55,814 nt of DNA from Chloroflexota bacterium (GTDB taxonomy: Bacteria > Chloroflexota > Dormibacteria > CF-121). The stretch is from the NCBI GenBank assembly GCA_005889345.1, contig VBFR01000185.1, forward strand, positions 1-55,814, in the 5' to 3' direction. Below the pieces are notes generated by a model that was not told the origin of the DNA, ran no database searches, and was given only the letters and a program-made list of their open reading frames with translations. Made by a program: the position numbers and the translations under genes. Below are positions 1 through 11,400 of the stretch, piece after piece; position 1 is the first letter of the stretch; each line of letters begins with the position of its first letter.

Positions 1-2
1 AC

Positions 3-311
3 ATGACCGCGATCGCGCCCGAGCAGATCGAGTTTTTGAAGAAGGCGGGGATGCCGCTGACCACGCCGTCGCGCGTCACCTTCGTCGAGGTGGCGCCGAT
101 GAAGCGGCTGGCCTTCAACCAGGTTGCCGACTTCATCCCCGGCGTCAAGCCCTACGAGGTGAATCACTCGGTCGACTTCGAGACGAGCGGGCTGAGCGTG
201 CGGATGGTCCTGACCATGGACGCCATGCACGATGACTACTGGACGAAGATGGCGACGATGGGCTGGGAGAACGAGTTTGACCGGCTGGGGCGGCTTCTGC
301 AGAAGGCATGA
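3..311 (+). CDS. SRPBCC/AHSA1-like domain protein, 5'-truncated by window edge
   Basis: Beta-strand pattern (VTFVEVAPMKRLAF...VDFE...VRMVLT) followed by C-terminal helix with GWENEFDRLGRLL, typical of SRPBCC/AHSA1 C-termini. Confidence 0.6.
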   Translation: MTAIAPEQIEFLKKAGMPLTTPSRVTFVEVAPMKRLAFNQVADFIPGVKPYEVNHSVDFETSGLSVRMVLTMDAMHDDYWTKMATMGWENEFDRLGRLLQKA

Positions 312-612
312 GCAGAACCAGTGCGATTACCGCCACCGACTAGCCCAGGTGGACGATCCCGATGATCCCGGGGTTCTGGAACCACCATAGCGATACGCCG
401 GTACTGGTCTCGAGACGGTGCGCATAGTCGACCGCCCAGGGCTGCCACAAGACCACGACCGTTAGCAGCGTCGCCCATGGAATCGTCCATCGGGTCGCGA
501 GCAGGTCGAAGATGACGGCTGCCAGCGCCGCCCCACCAATGTAGTAGGGGTTGTCTTTCGGGTCCATCGCGAGGCGGATCGCGACCGCGACGAGAAAGAG
601 TCCAGGCCATCA
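312..612 (-). pseudogene. Decayed fragment of a polytopic membrane protein gene
   Basis: Hydrophobic frame WPGLFLVAVAIRLAMDPKDNPYY...GIVHLG*SVAVIALVLLMP is bounded by in-frame TGA (610-612) and interrupted by TAG (340-342); ORFs 340..567 and 145..336 share one frame. Confidence 0.45.
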
Positions 613-802
613 CGCTCGACGATTGGGGTTTTCCGATCATCAGTCGCGAGCCCATCGGCTCCGACCTCGGAGAGCTTGCACGGCGGGCCGTCGCGCAGTG
701 TCCGCTGCTTGCACTGAAGTTGGAACGGCTCTCAGATCGCTCGACGGAGCCTAATTTTGTGCTAACGTCTCGCCCCAGAGGCATATCCCTCCGGGGTAGT
801 TG

Positions 803-1333
803 ATGAGCACATCGGGTCCGCCGAGCACACCGCCGCCGAGTCCCACCGGACAGCCAGCTCCCATCAGCGACCTGGCGAAGCAAACGCGGCTCGTCCGATC
901 CGGGGCGAACTGGTTCATCTGGATCGCCGGCTTGTCGCTGGTGAACTCCGTCCTCTTTGTGGCCGGGAGCAACTGGGCTTTTTTTCTCGGTCTTGGCGCC
1001 ACGCAGTTTTCCGATGCCTTCGGCAAGGAGATCATCACCGGGACGACGGGCGAGGTGGTGGCGCTGGCCGTCGACGTCGTGATTGCGGCCATCTTCGTCG
1101 GCCTTGGGCTGATGTCCCGTAACGGGGCGCTGTGGAGCTTCATCGTCGGCATGGTGCTGATCGTGCTCGATGCCTTGCTGCTGGTCTGGGTGCAGGACTG
1201 GGCAGCCGTTGCCTTCCACGCGCTGGCACTCTTCTTCGTCTTCCGCGGCTTCCAGGCCGCCCGCCAGCTTGCCGCTCTGCGCAGCGGCGTGGCGTTGGCC
1301 ACCGGGATCGTTCCTCCGATCACGCCTCGGTGA
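803..1333 (+). CDS. Hypothetical multi-pass membrane protein
   Basis: About 4 hydrophobic segments; stop overlaps next start (GTGA). Confidence 0.8.
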   Translation: MSTSGPPSTPPPSPTGQPAPISDLAKQTRLVRSGANWFIWIAGLSLVNSVLFVAGSNWAFFLGLGATQFSDAFGKEIITGTTGEVVALAVDVVIAAIFVGLGLMSRNGALWSFIVGMVLIVLDALLLVWVQDWAAVAFHALALFFVFRGFQAARQLAALRSGVALATGIVPPITPR

Positions 1334-1851
1334 TCCCCGCGCGCGTCGTCCCCCATCGCCGGCTCGACGTTCCGTTTGCGGGCGATGAGAAAGCGATGCT
1401 CAGCGCCTTCCTCGACCGTTACCGGGAAACGATCCTCTGGAAGCTCGAGGGCCTGACGAAGGGGCAGGCCTCGGCACGCCTGGTGCCATCCGCCACCACC
1501 CTGCTGGGAATCGTCAAACATCTGGCTTATGTCGAGCGCGGGTGGTTTCCAATCTACTTTGCCGGCGGTCCGGTGAGCTACCCCTGGGCCGAAGACGAGC
1601 CTGACCAGGACATCGATTTTCGGGTCTTGGCGAGCGACACCATCGAGAGTGTCAGCGCCCTTTACCAGCAGGAGATCGCTCGATCACGAGAAATCGTCGC
1701 CGGCGCCACGCTCGATGATCTCAGCAAGGAGCAGGACCGGGGACCGCGGACCCTGCGCTGGATCATGGTGCATATGATCGAAGAGACCGCACGGCACGCC
1801 GGCCACGCCGACATCCTGCGCGAGCTGACCGACGGGGCGATCGGCCAGTAG
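1330..1851 (+). CDS. DinB-family protein (DUF664-like)
   Basis: TTLLGIVKHLAYVERGWF and LRWIMVHMIEETARHAGHADILRE motifs; GTG at 1330 overlaps upstream TGA. Confidence 0.9.
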   Translation: MIPARVVPHRRLDVPFAGDEKAMLSAFLDRYRETILWKLEGLTKGQASARLVPSATTLLGIVKHLAYVERGWFPIYFAGGPVSYPWAEDEPDQDIDFRVLASDTIESVSALYQQEIARSREIVAGATLDDLSKEQDRGPRTLRWIMVHMIEETARHAGHADILRELTDGAIGQ

Positions 1852-1854
1852 CGT

Positions 1855-3183
1855 CTAAGGACTCGGCTCGGACCGCGCCCCCGACGCTGCTCGAGCCTTC
1901 ATGTGCTGGTCGAGGTCACCGGCCATGGCACGCAGGTTGCCTTCTTGTTTCGTCATGACGTCAGGAACGACGTCCTTGGCGAGTCCGGCACAAATGCCCG
2001 CCAGCGTTTCGAGGCGCTCGCGCAGGATCTTCCAGGCGGCCTCGCGGTGGGGCAGGACGAAGAACGCAGGGCGCACGATCTCGAAAGCAGGGCCGGCGGT
2101 GTGACCCGGAAATGAGGGACCGACCGGCAGCGCCGTCAGGACCGGGCCCAGGCTGCGCATCACCCAGTTCATCAGGTGCTTGGCCGTTTTGGCCAGCGTC
2201 TCGAGCTCGTCGGGCGTCTCGCCATGATGGACGAAGTACCGGCTCTGGACCTGGAGGGTGACCTCGTACACGGCGTTGAACAGGTCGGCGACGCGTCGCG
2301 TCAACCGGTCCTCGATCAGTGTTACCTGGTCGACGTCGGGAGGCTGGCGCAGGTAGACGGGCAGTACCGGTCGCGCCGGCTCAAAGGCGGGGTCGAGCGT
2401 TCGCATCGCGAGAAAGTCCTCGAGGATGCCGACGAACTTGCCGAAGTGTGACTTCACCCAATCCCCACGCGCCCCCTCGCCCTGTTCGACGATCAGTTCG
2501 ATCGCCGCGCTCGCTGAGGCGAGGTCGGTGACGGCGGTCAACTCCGGCCACTCGAAGACCTGCGTCGTCGCCTGCGCCTTGGGCGGCCCGATGAAGACGG
2601 CGGCCTCGCCATGGCGATTGACCAGCTGGGTGAGCCCGGCCTCGATGCCGCGGTAGAGGTGGCCGACGGTGTGCCACTCCTCGGGTCCAGCGGTGATCTG
2701 CGGGTCGTCGACCGTCAGCGGCTGCATCGGTCCGACCGAGCTGAAGCCCTCGGCATCGTGGAGCGACATGCCCTCCGGACGTTCGAGGTACATGAAGTGG
2801 CGAAGGGCGCGCTCCCCGAAGGGGACGAGGGCGATCTGGACGTCCGGCGGGTACCACCGAGACAGGATCGGGAAGTTGGGTCGCTCGAAATGGGGCGCGG
2901 CGCCCAGCGCGCTCAAGATGTTGGTGGCCAGCGCCAGGTGCAGCATCTCCTGCTTGATCACATCGATGAGGGTCAGTTCCCAGGCCTGGACGCGGGCCAG
3001 TTGCTCCCTGGTCAGGCCCTCCTCGACGCCCCGCTTCAGCGAAAACTGCGCGTAGAGGTACTCGCAGAGCAGGCCGTGCTCGAGTTCGCAGGCCTCTCCC
3101 AGGAGGTAGACGAGCTCCTCACGGCTGTCAACCCTCAGGGGCGGTTCGGAGACGGGCCCGTTCGGTGGCCGGGATCCGACCAT
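1855..3183 (-). CDS. Ferritin-like domain protein (VioB C-terminal-like ferritin family)
   Basis: ELEHGLLCEYLYAQFSL, QEMLHLALATN, LIVEQGEG, SHFGKF motifs; ATG at 3183 chosen over the 4368 extension that overlaps the opposite gene. Confidence 0.85.
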   Translation of the reverse strand: MVGSRPPNGPVSEPPLRVDSREELVYLLGEACELEHGLLCEYLYAQFSLKRGVEEGLTREQLARVQAWELTLIDVIKQEMLHLALATNILSALGAAPHFERPNFPILSRWYPPDVQIALVPFGERALRHFMYLERPEGMSLHDAEGFSSVGPMQPLTVDDPQITAGPEEWHTVGHLYRGIEAGLTQLVNRHGEAAVFIGPPKAQATTQVFEWPELTAVTDLASASAAIELIVEQGEGARGDWVKSHFGKFVGILEDFLAMRTLDPAFEPARPVLPVYLRQPPDVDQVTLIEDRLTRRVADLFNAVYEVTLQVQSRYFVHHGETPDELETLAKTAKHLMNWVMRSLGPVLTALPVGPSFPGHTAGPAFEIVRPAFFVLPHREAAWKILRERLETLAGICAGLAKDVVPDVMTKQEGNLRAMAGDLDQHMKARAASGARSEPSP

Positions 3184-3234
3184 ACCCGCATTGTCGCTGG
3201 AAGGGGCCTGAAGACGCGTTGTATTTGGCGCGGT

Positions 3235-5361
3235 ATGCCTGAAAACGAGCGAATTCCGGCCGACTTCCACCAGGCCATGTTTCGCATCGCCGCGATCGCC
3301 TTTGTGACCGCGGCGACGGTCGATGTGGGCAGCAGCTACATCGGGGCGCCTCACCTCGACTTCGCCGGCATCTGGATCATCGGCATCCTCTCTTATGTCG
3401 GCGCCGTGGTGAGCTGGTTCTTCCCCTGGCACCGGCTGCCGGTGGAGCGATTCCTGGTGGTCATCGTCATGCCGGGCCTCGTGCTGCTCGGGTTCATGCT
3501 GATGGCCACGGGCGGCGTTCACTCGCACATCCTGCCGATCTTCATCGCTCCCGCCGTCTTCATGGCGGCGGCGTACGGGTTCCGCGCGGGGGCCGCGATC
3601 GCGATCCTGACGGCCGCGACGGGAACGCTGCCGCTCTTCATCAACGGCTGGGACAGCAACTACGGCCGGACCCTGGTCGTGCTGGCGGTCGCGACCATGC
3701 TGTGCGCCTACATCTCGGCCCGCGTCCGACAATCGCTGCTCAACGAGTACGAAACGCGGCGCCGGCAACAGGAAGAGAGCTACGTGGCCACCATCGGCGC
3801 CCTGGCGGCTGCCCTGGACGCGAAAGACCGCTACACGGAGGCGCATTCGCGGGAGACCGCCGAGTTCGCCGTCAACGTCGGCAAGCGCCTCCACCTGCCG
3901 GCCGACCAGCTGCGCCTGCTCGAATACGGCGCTCTGCTTCACGACATCGGCAAGATCGGCATTCCCGGCTACATCCTGCAGAAGCCCGGGGCGCTGACGC
4001 CCGAAGAATTTGCCATCATGCGCGAGCACCCGGTGATCGGCGAACGGATCCTCGCCTCGGTGCCGTTCCTTGCCCCGCTCGGCCCCATCGTTCGGGCTGA
4101 ACACGAGCGATGGAATGGCACGGGGTACCCCGATGGCCTCAAGGGAGAGGAGATTCCGATCGAGGCGCGCATCATCCACGCTTGCGACGCGTTCCACGCG
4201 ATGGCCTCGGACCGTGCCTACCGCAAGGCATTGCCGATGGCGTCGATCGTGGCGGAGTTTCAGAAGGAAACCGGCCAGCAGTTCGACCCCCGAGTGGTCG
4301 ACGTGCTGCTGGAGCTGATCGAGAGCGAACCGCCGCACATCTCGGCACCCGCCCAGGCGTCCGGCCAACCGATGCCGGACACGAGCGTGTCAGGTCCGCG
4401 CGGCTGGGCCCAGCACATGCAGACCGTGGAGGCGCTCGGACAACAGCTTGCCCGCGCGACCAGCATCGAGGATATCAGCAGCCGGATCGGGGCGACGATT
4501 TCTACGCTGGTGCCGCACGACCAGTGCCGAGTGCTGTTGATGAACGAAGACCGCACCCAGCTCAAGGTCGTCTACCTGAAGGGGACCGATCGCGAAGAAT
4601 ACCGCGCCGTGACGCGGGAAAACGCGGCGGTGGAAGTGGGGGAGGGCATTACCGGCTGGGTGGCGGAGTCGCGTCGCGGCGTCGTGCTGGGTGATACCGA
4701 GCACCATCCGAAGGCGAAGCACGTCCCTGGCACCGCGATGATCGATGAGTCGATGCTCGCCGTGCCGGTGGTCTTCGAGGACGAGATCCTCGCGGTCATC
4801 GTCGTCACCAAGCTGGGACTGAATCAGTACTCGCTCGACCAGCTCCGGTTGCTGACGATTCTCGCCAACCAGGCGGCGGTGGCGATGGCGAACGCCCGGC
4901 TGATCGAGCGACTCGCCTCGGCAGCGACGATCGATGCCTTGACCGGCTTGATGAACCGCGCCGCGTTTGAGGAGGCGGTCAACAAACTCATGCTGCGCCC
5001 GCAGTCGTGGGGGACGTTGCTGATGCTCGACGTGGAGAAGCTTCGCGACGTGAACGAGGCCTACGGTCACCGCGCCGGCGACGCCGTGCTCAAGCGGATC
5101 GCCCGGGCGATTCGCGCCTCGATCCGCAGCGACGACGTGGCGGCCCGCTGGATCGGCGACAACTTCGCCATCCTTGCCCCGGGCTTCTACGCCAGCCAGG
5201 CGGACGTCCTCGCCAAGCGGATCGAAACTGCGCTGCAATCCGACCGGGTTTCGATTCGGTGGGGGACCGCCGAATACCACGGGGATGCGCTGACCGCTCA
5301 GGACCTGCTGGCGGCGGCGCTCAAGTCGCTGGCCGGCAAGCGCGACGACGTCGCCGCCTGA
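3235..5361 (+). CDS. Membrane-bound HD-GYP + GAF + degenerate GGDEF c-di-GMP signalling protein
   Basis: About 5-6 N-terminal TM helices; LLHDIGKIG, EHERWNGTGYPDGL, CDAFHAM; GAF (VGEGITGWVAE...SMLAVPV); GGDEF-like DALTGLMNR...NEAYGHRAGD...RWIGDNF. Confidence 0.9.
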   Translation: MPENERIPADFHQAMFRIAAIAFVTAATVDVGSSYIGAPHLDFAGIWIIGILSYVGAVVSWFFPWHRLPVERFLVVIVMPGLVLLGFMLMATGGVHSHILPIFIAPAVFMAAAYGFRAGAAIAILTAATGTLPLFINGWDSNYGRTLVVLAVATMLCAYISARVRQSLLNEYETRRRQQEESYVATIGALAAALDAKDRYTEAHSRETAEFAVNVGKRLHLPADQLRLLEYGALLHDIGKIGIPGYILQKPGALTPEEFAIMREHPVIGERILASVPFLAPLGPIVRAEHERWNGTGYPDGLKGEEIPIEARIIHACDAFHAMASDRAYRKALPMASIVAEFQKETGQQFDPRVVDVLLELIESEPPHISAPAQASGQPMPDTSVSGPRGWAQHMQTVEALGQQLARATSIEDISSRIGATISTLVPHDQCRVLLMNEDRTQLKVVYLKGTDREEYRAVTRENAAVEVGEGITGWVAESRRGVVLGDTEHHPKAKHVPGTAMIDESMLAVPVVFEDEILAVIVVTKLGLNQYSLDQLRLLTILANQAAVAMANARLIERLASAATIDALTGLMNRAAFEEAVNKLMLRPQSWGTLLMLDVEKLRDVNEAYGHRAGDAVLKRIARAIRASIRSDDVAARWIGDNFAILAPGFYASQADVLAKRIETALQSDRVSIRWGTAEYHGDALTAQDLLAAALKSLAGKRDDVAA

Positions 5362-5421
5362 CGTTTGGGGCAAGGCGCTGCGCCCAAATGGGCAGGATGC
5401 TCGGAGTTTCGCGCAATTTGC

Positions 5422-5450
5422 TTGACGGTCCAAAACCCGTCGCCTAACGT
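5422..5450 (+). promoter_or_regulatory. Putative sigma70-type promoter for the giant protein gene
   Basis: TTGACG (5422-5427), 17-bp spacer, TAACGT (5445-5450). Confidence 0.45.
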
Positions 5451-5499
5451 CAAAACTCGCCGCTGAAACCGACCGTCCGCCTGCGGGCGGAATGATCCC

Positions 5500-8400
5500 G
5501 TGCCGAGGGAGGGTGTGAGGCTACACGTACGTCGCCGGCTCGAGCTGCCGGCTTGTACCCCGAGTTTTCTGCTGCGCGCCGCCTTGAAGTACGGGGTCGG
5601 CCTGGGCGTGGCTGCCGCCGTGCTCACGGCCGGCGGCGTCGACCGGGTTCAGCCGAACGGGCACGCGCTGGCGCTGAACGTCCTGCCCACCAACGTCCCC
5701 TGCGGTCCGATCGCCACCGATGCCGGTGACCCGCACACCGCCACCTGGACGGCCGTCAGCAGCCCCTATGGGACGGGTAGCACCTACAACTTGCCGGTGA
5801 ACGCCACGAACAATCCCGACCCCAACGTGGTCTCCTGCACGGCGATCATCGTGCCGGCGGACGTCACGCTCAAGATCGATGCCAGCCAGGGTCCTGTGCA
5901 CATCTCCTCGCATGGCGCAGCCATCAAGGTCGACGGGGGCCATCTTCTCGTGCTGGGCGCGAGTGAAACCAACTCGGTCCTTTTCGACGCGGAAGCCGAC
6001 GTTTCATCGTGGGACGGCATCGTCATCGACGCCAGCGACCCCAGCCATCGTGGCAATGCGTCGGTCGCCTATGCCAGCATCCAAAACGCGGTCAACTCGA
6101 TCACGATCAACAGCGGTGCGACCTCTACGCCTGACCCGACCAACCTGAGCTCGCAGCTGCCCTACGGTCTCGCGCTGGTCAATAGCGGCATTGGCCCTTC
6201 TTACTTCGACGGCATCGACGCCATCAACACGCCCGTGATCGTCAAGGGGCGGACTGACCTCTTAACGGGTCGGGCGGACGGCAAGTTTGGAACCGTGAAC
6301 AACATCGGCTCCCAGGGCATCAAGGTGACGTTCGACGCGGCCGCACCCGCCGTCACGGCAAATGCCCTCGACATCGAGAGCGTCACTTTCGGGAGTTCGG
6401 TGCCATTCGCCGCGACCGGCTGTTTGCCGTTACAGCTGCCGTGCTCGGCCGGCTTCATCGGGAATGACGCGATCCTCGCCGCCTTTACCACGTCGAATCC
6501 ACCGCCGGTGCTCATCAGCCAGAGCCGCTTCTATCGGGCCGGCTCTTTTGGCGTCGAGCTGAACGGCCCCCACGGCCCGGTCATCACCGACAACAACTTC
6601 GACTGCAACGGCACCGGTTCCCCCAAGCCGACACAAACCTGCGTGGGGGCCGGCCTCAAGTACTCGGCGATCTACCTCAACGGCGCAACCGTCGACCTGG
6701 AGAACAGCGTCACCAACAACGTTGGCCACGAGGACGGCCTCGATGCCATCGTCCTCAACGGCACCGTCGCGTTCGGCCCCAGCACGAGCCAGAAACTGAA
6801 CTGGAAAAACGCGACGAATGACGCAACGACCGATCACCTGCTCGGCTGCCTCTTGAACGGCGACCTCAACCTCAATAGCGGAACCTTGGTCGTGCCCGGT
6901 GGCAGTTTCGTGAAGTCGAAGGGGACGATCAATCTCACGGGAGCGGCGCTCAGTGCTGGTGATTCAGGCGCCAAGGTCTTTACCAGCCTTCGCGACAACG
7001 TCAACATCGCGAGCTGCCCATCCGTCTTCGTCCAGTCGTGTCCCGCGCCATTGCCGGCAGGCGAATGGGGCGGCATCAACCTCGTTGGTTCGCAGACCGA
7101 CGCGGCCATGCGGAACGCGACCACGGGCACTATCAACAACGCCTCCATCCTTTACGCGACCACCGGCGTCCATATCGTCAACGGCAATTCGCTGACCATC
7201 AGCGGCAGCAACAACCTCAGCGCCATCGGACCGACCTTCGCCGACGGTGTGCTCGCCGAGGGCACGCCGCTTGCCGTCACCGGTACGACGTTTGGCTGCC
7301 CGACGGGCGTCTGCAGTGGACCGAGCAGTGGCAACCACGGCATCCTCGCGGACTACCGCAATAGCGGACCCCCGACCACCGGACTGACGATCGGCGGGCC
7401 GAATGCCGCGACCGACCGGAACACCTTCCAGGGCAGCGTCAACGAAGCCATCCGCGGTGTGGGTCTTGCCGGCCAGCCGGTCGACATCGAGAACAATGCG
7501 ATCCAGAACGCGGGCGGGGCTGGGACGGCGGGCAGTGCCGGCGTCTACCTGCAGGGTGCCGACAACCTGACCCTCAAGAACAACGATGTCGTCGGGAGTG
7601 GCACGGGAAACCTGCATTACCCCGCCATCTGGCTGGACGGGGTCAGCCATGCCGACTTCAACGGCCCGATCGGCGGCAACACCGGCTTCGCCGACGGTCT
7701 CAACGCGATCGCGTTCCACGGCGACAGCAAGGCACTCGCCTGGCAAACGGTCGCCGCCGGCGGCCCGCTGGGTTACATCCTCGACGGCAACCTGCTGGTC
7801 GCGGGGAATCTGACGCTGGCCAATGGTGACTACGCCACGGTTCTGGCCGGCACGGTCACCGTCCAGGGCACCCTGACGTCGACCGGCGCCGTCTTGACCA
7901 GTCTCAAGGAGATGACCGTGCCGGCCCCGAGCTGCGGATCGGTCTTTGTCCAAAGAGCCTCCGGGGTCTGCCCGGCTACGACCGCGGGCGATTGGGGCGG
8001 CCTCGTCCTCAATCCCGGGAGCACCAACCGCATGACGAATTCCGGGATTCGGTACGCCGCGACCGGGATCTCGATGGGCATGCCAACCGGGACCCGCCTG
8101 GCACAAAACCTGACGCTGACCAACACCAGCATCAGCAACGCCGCGGCTGACGGGGTCAGCACGCGCTCCCCGGTGTCGATCACCGGCGGTGCCTTTACGA
8201 ATAACGCGTCCCACGGGATCAACATCGACCTGAGAAACGTCACCGCGAGCGCTTCCCAACCGGTCTCGATTTCGGGTACGACGATCGCCAGCAGCGGGCA
8301 GGACGGCATCATTGCCGTCGGGCTCACCGGCCAGACGGTGCAGATCGATCAGGCGAGTATCGACCACGCCGGCGCCTTCGGCATCAACCTGAAAGACGCG

Positions 8401-11400
8401 GATCATCTCACGCTGACGAACAACACCGTCACGAATTCTGCGGCCTCCTTCCCGGCGATCTACCTGAATGGATTCTCCGGGCTAATGGCCAACGTCGACG
8501 GCAACAAAGGCGCCTTCAATGGCGTTGACGCGATTGCCTTCCACGGCGCGGTCACCGGCGACCTGCCCTGGATCACGGCGCGCAAGACCAGCGACCCGGC
8601 GACGCCGCTCGGCTACATCCTCGACAACACGCTGACGATGCAGTCACCCCACACCCTGACGGTGAAGGCTGGTGACATCGTGAAGGTTGGCAACGGCGGC
8701 GTCCTCAACCTTGTGGGGGCCAACCTTCGTGCCGACGATACCGGTGGGAGCAGTCAGAAAGTCTTCACCAGCCTGACGGACGACAGCGTGGGTGTCGCCA
8801 CCTGCCACTCGGTCATCGTCAACACCTGTCCGGCCGCGGCCCAACCCGGCGACTGGGGCGGCATCACGCTGACGGGTGGTACGGCGAACGGGGCGCTCGT
8901 CAACGCCGCGGTTCGCTACGCCTCCACGGGCATTCTGATCACGAGCGGGGCGTCATCGACGTCGGGATCGTCGGTCTTCGGCCTCGTAGTGTCGGGGAGC
9001 AGCATCGGGCCCAGCGCCGTCGATGGCATCAATGCCGTGAAGACGGCCATCGCGGTCACGACCTCATCGATCAGCGGTGGCGCGCACGGCATCAGCGTCG
9101 ACTTCAGCGGCGGAGTGCCGAGCACGCCGGTGCGTCTCAGCGGCAACCGGTTCGCGTCCACGAGCGCCGAGGCCATCGTCGGCCGGGCGCTCGCTGGACA
9201 GCCGGTCTGGATCAGCGATAACCGGATTCGGGCCGCCGGTACCTACGGGATCCGGCTGCTCAATGCCGACCAGCTCGTCCTGCGAAACAACAACGTTACC
9301 GCCAGCGGCGGTGGCCCTGCCGCGGGAGCCGGCCGTTATCCCGCCATCTACCTGCCGGCGGTCTCAGCAGATTTCGCCACGAACATTCGAGGCAACATGG
9401 GGAGCGGAAACGGCCTGGATGCCCTCGTGTTTGACGGCAAGGTCAACCGCGACCTGGCCTGGATCACCGCGAGCAACACGGCATCGACGCATCCACTCGG
9501 ATACCTGTTGGACGGCGGCTTGACCCTCCAGGGAGGAAACCTGCTGGTCGGTGCAGGTGACGTCGTCAAGTCGCTCGGTGGACCGATCACGATCAATGGG
9601 GGCAAGCTGATCGCGAATGGCACGGTAACCGGCGGATCGCCGACCAGCCGCAGCGCCATCTTCACCAGCCTGAAAGACAATCCCATCGCGCCGGTCTTGC
9701 CGGTTGACACCTCGGATGCCGCTGCCGTCTCGTGTCCTTCCGTTCTGGTCGCCGTCTGCAATCCCGGACCCGGCGATTGGGGCGGGTTGGTGATCACCAG
9801 CAATGCCGCCGGCGATAAAGGGCGCGCCGACATCACCTACGGCGTCATCAATTACGCCAACACCGGGATCTCCCTGGATAGTGGGCCCATTCCCGCCAAT
9901 CCAGAGCAGGTGCCCGCCAACTTCAGGCTGTCCGTCGCCAATACGACGATCAGCAATGCGAGCAAGGACGGCATCAATAGTCTCGATACGCCGTTTTCGG
10001 TGACCAATTCCAGCCTGGTCCAAAACGTTGGCGCCAACGGGATCATCGCCAGCTTCTTTAGCCCGGCGAACTGTTCGTCGACGATAACCGTGGGCACGTG
10101 CATCCGGCTCAACGTCACGACGACCACGGTCACTGGCGCCGGCAAGGATGGCATCATCGCCAACGGCCTCTCCGGACAACCGACGGTCGTCACTGGCAAC
10201 ACGGTCACCGATGCCGGGACCTACGGCATTCGCCTCGTCGGCGCCGATAAGCTCACACTGACGACCAACCACGTGCGCAAATCGGCTCTACCGCCGTCGA
10301 CGGCATTGCGCTACCCGGCCATCTATCTGAGCAGTGTCAAGGCCGATTTCGAGGTCAGCGGCGCGGGAAGCGTCATTCAGGGCAACGACGGAAAGTGGAA
10401 CGGGCTCGACGCGATCGTGTTCCACGGCGAGGCGACGAACAACCTGACGTGGATCACCGCCGTCGCCTCGGCCGGGACCGACGTGGCGTTTGGGTATCTC
10501 CTGGACGGGCCGCTGACCGTGGATGGTGACCTGACGACCAATGAAGGCGACATCGTCAAGATCATGAACGGCGGAATCAAGATCAACGGCGGCAGCTTGC
10601 AAGCCCTGGGCACGTACCTGGGTACGACCTTTACCAGCCTGAAGGACAATCCGGGGCTGCCCGCCTGTCATTCCGTCTTCATCCCGGACCCGTGCCCAGT
10701 GCTGCCGGCAACGCTGGCGACGAACACCGACTGGAATGGGATCAACATCGACGCGTCGAATAGCGTGTTCAACAAGGGCAGGCTGCTCTACGCAACTGCC
10801 GGCCTGAGCATCACCAACGCGAAGCTCGATGTGAGTGGGGCAACGTTCTACAAGCTGAACGGAACGGCGCTTTCGAGCACAGGAATTCAGCCACTGACAG
10901 TCACGTGTTCGAGCATCCGGGGGAACGGCACGGGGGTCGCCGCTGACTACGGAACGATCAGCCAGAGCGATGTCTACGGCAATTCCGTCGCTGATCTCGC
11001 CGGAAATGCGAACCTTCACGCCGACGCCGACTGGCTTGCCGCCTCGCCGAAGATCACCGGAGCGGTTGCAGTAAGCGGCGCACTCGCCGCCCAACGCCCA
11101 GTGGCGACTTTGACCCTGACGGGTGACAACCAGCTGGCGAACGACCAGTTCGGAAACAAGGCCTTCGGCATCGGCCACATGACGCTGACAGCCGACATGA
11201 ACCGCCAGGCGAACACCTCGGTTGCGCCGCTCGTCGAGTTCACTCCTCCGCCTGGCCCGCCGACGACGCTGACGGGTTTGCTCAACAATGGCTGGACGAC
11301 GGGCCAGGAGTGGTCGCCCAACCCGTACGCGCTCGACCTCGCGCATGCGAGTGCCGGGCTGGACAGTGTCAAAGTGAGCGGAGCCCGCGGCTGTGTCCCG

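Noticed and set aside
1855-5361. Long overlapping 837-aa and 916-aa ORFs as a bidirectional gene overlap
   Set aside because: N-terminal extensions are antisense shadows of the opposite gene; plausible starts at 3183 and 3235 remove the overlap
5425-5500. Riboswitch upstream of the giant gene
   Set aside because: Only short resemblance to c-di-nucleotide riboswitch fragments; no full consensus structure recognisable without a covariance search
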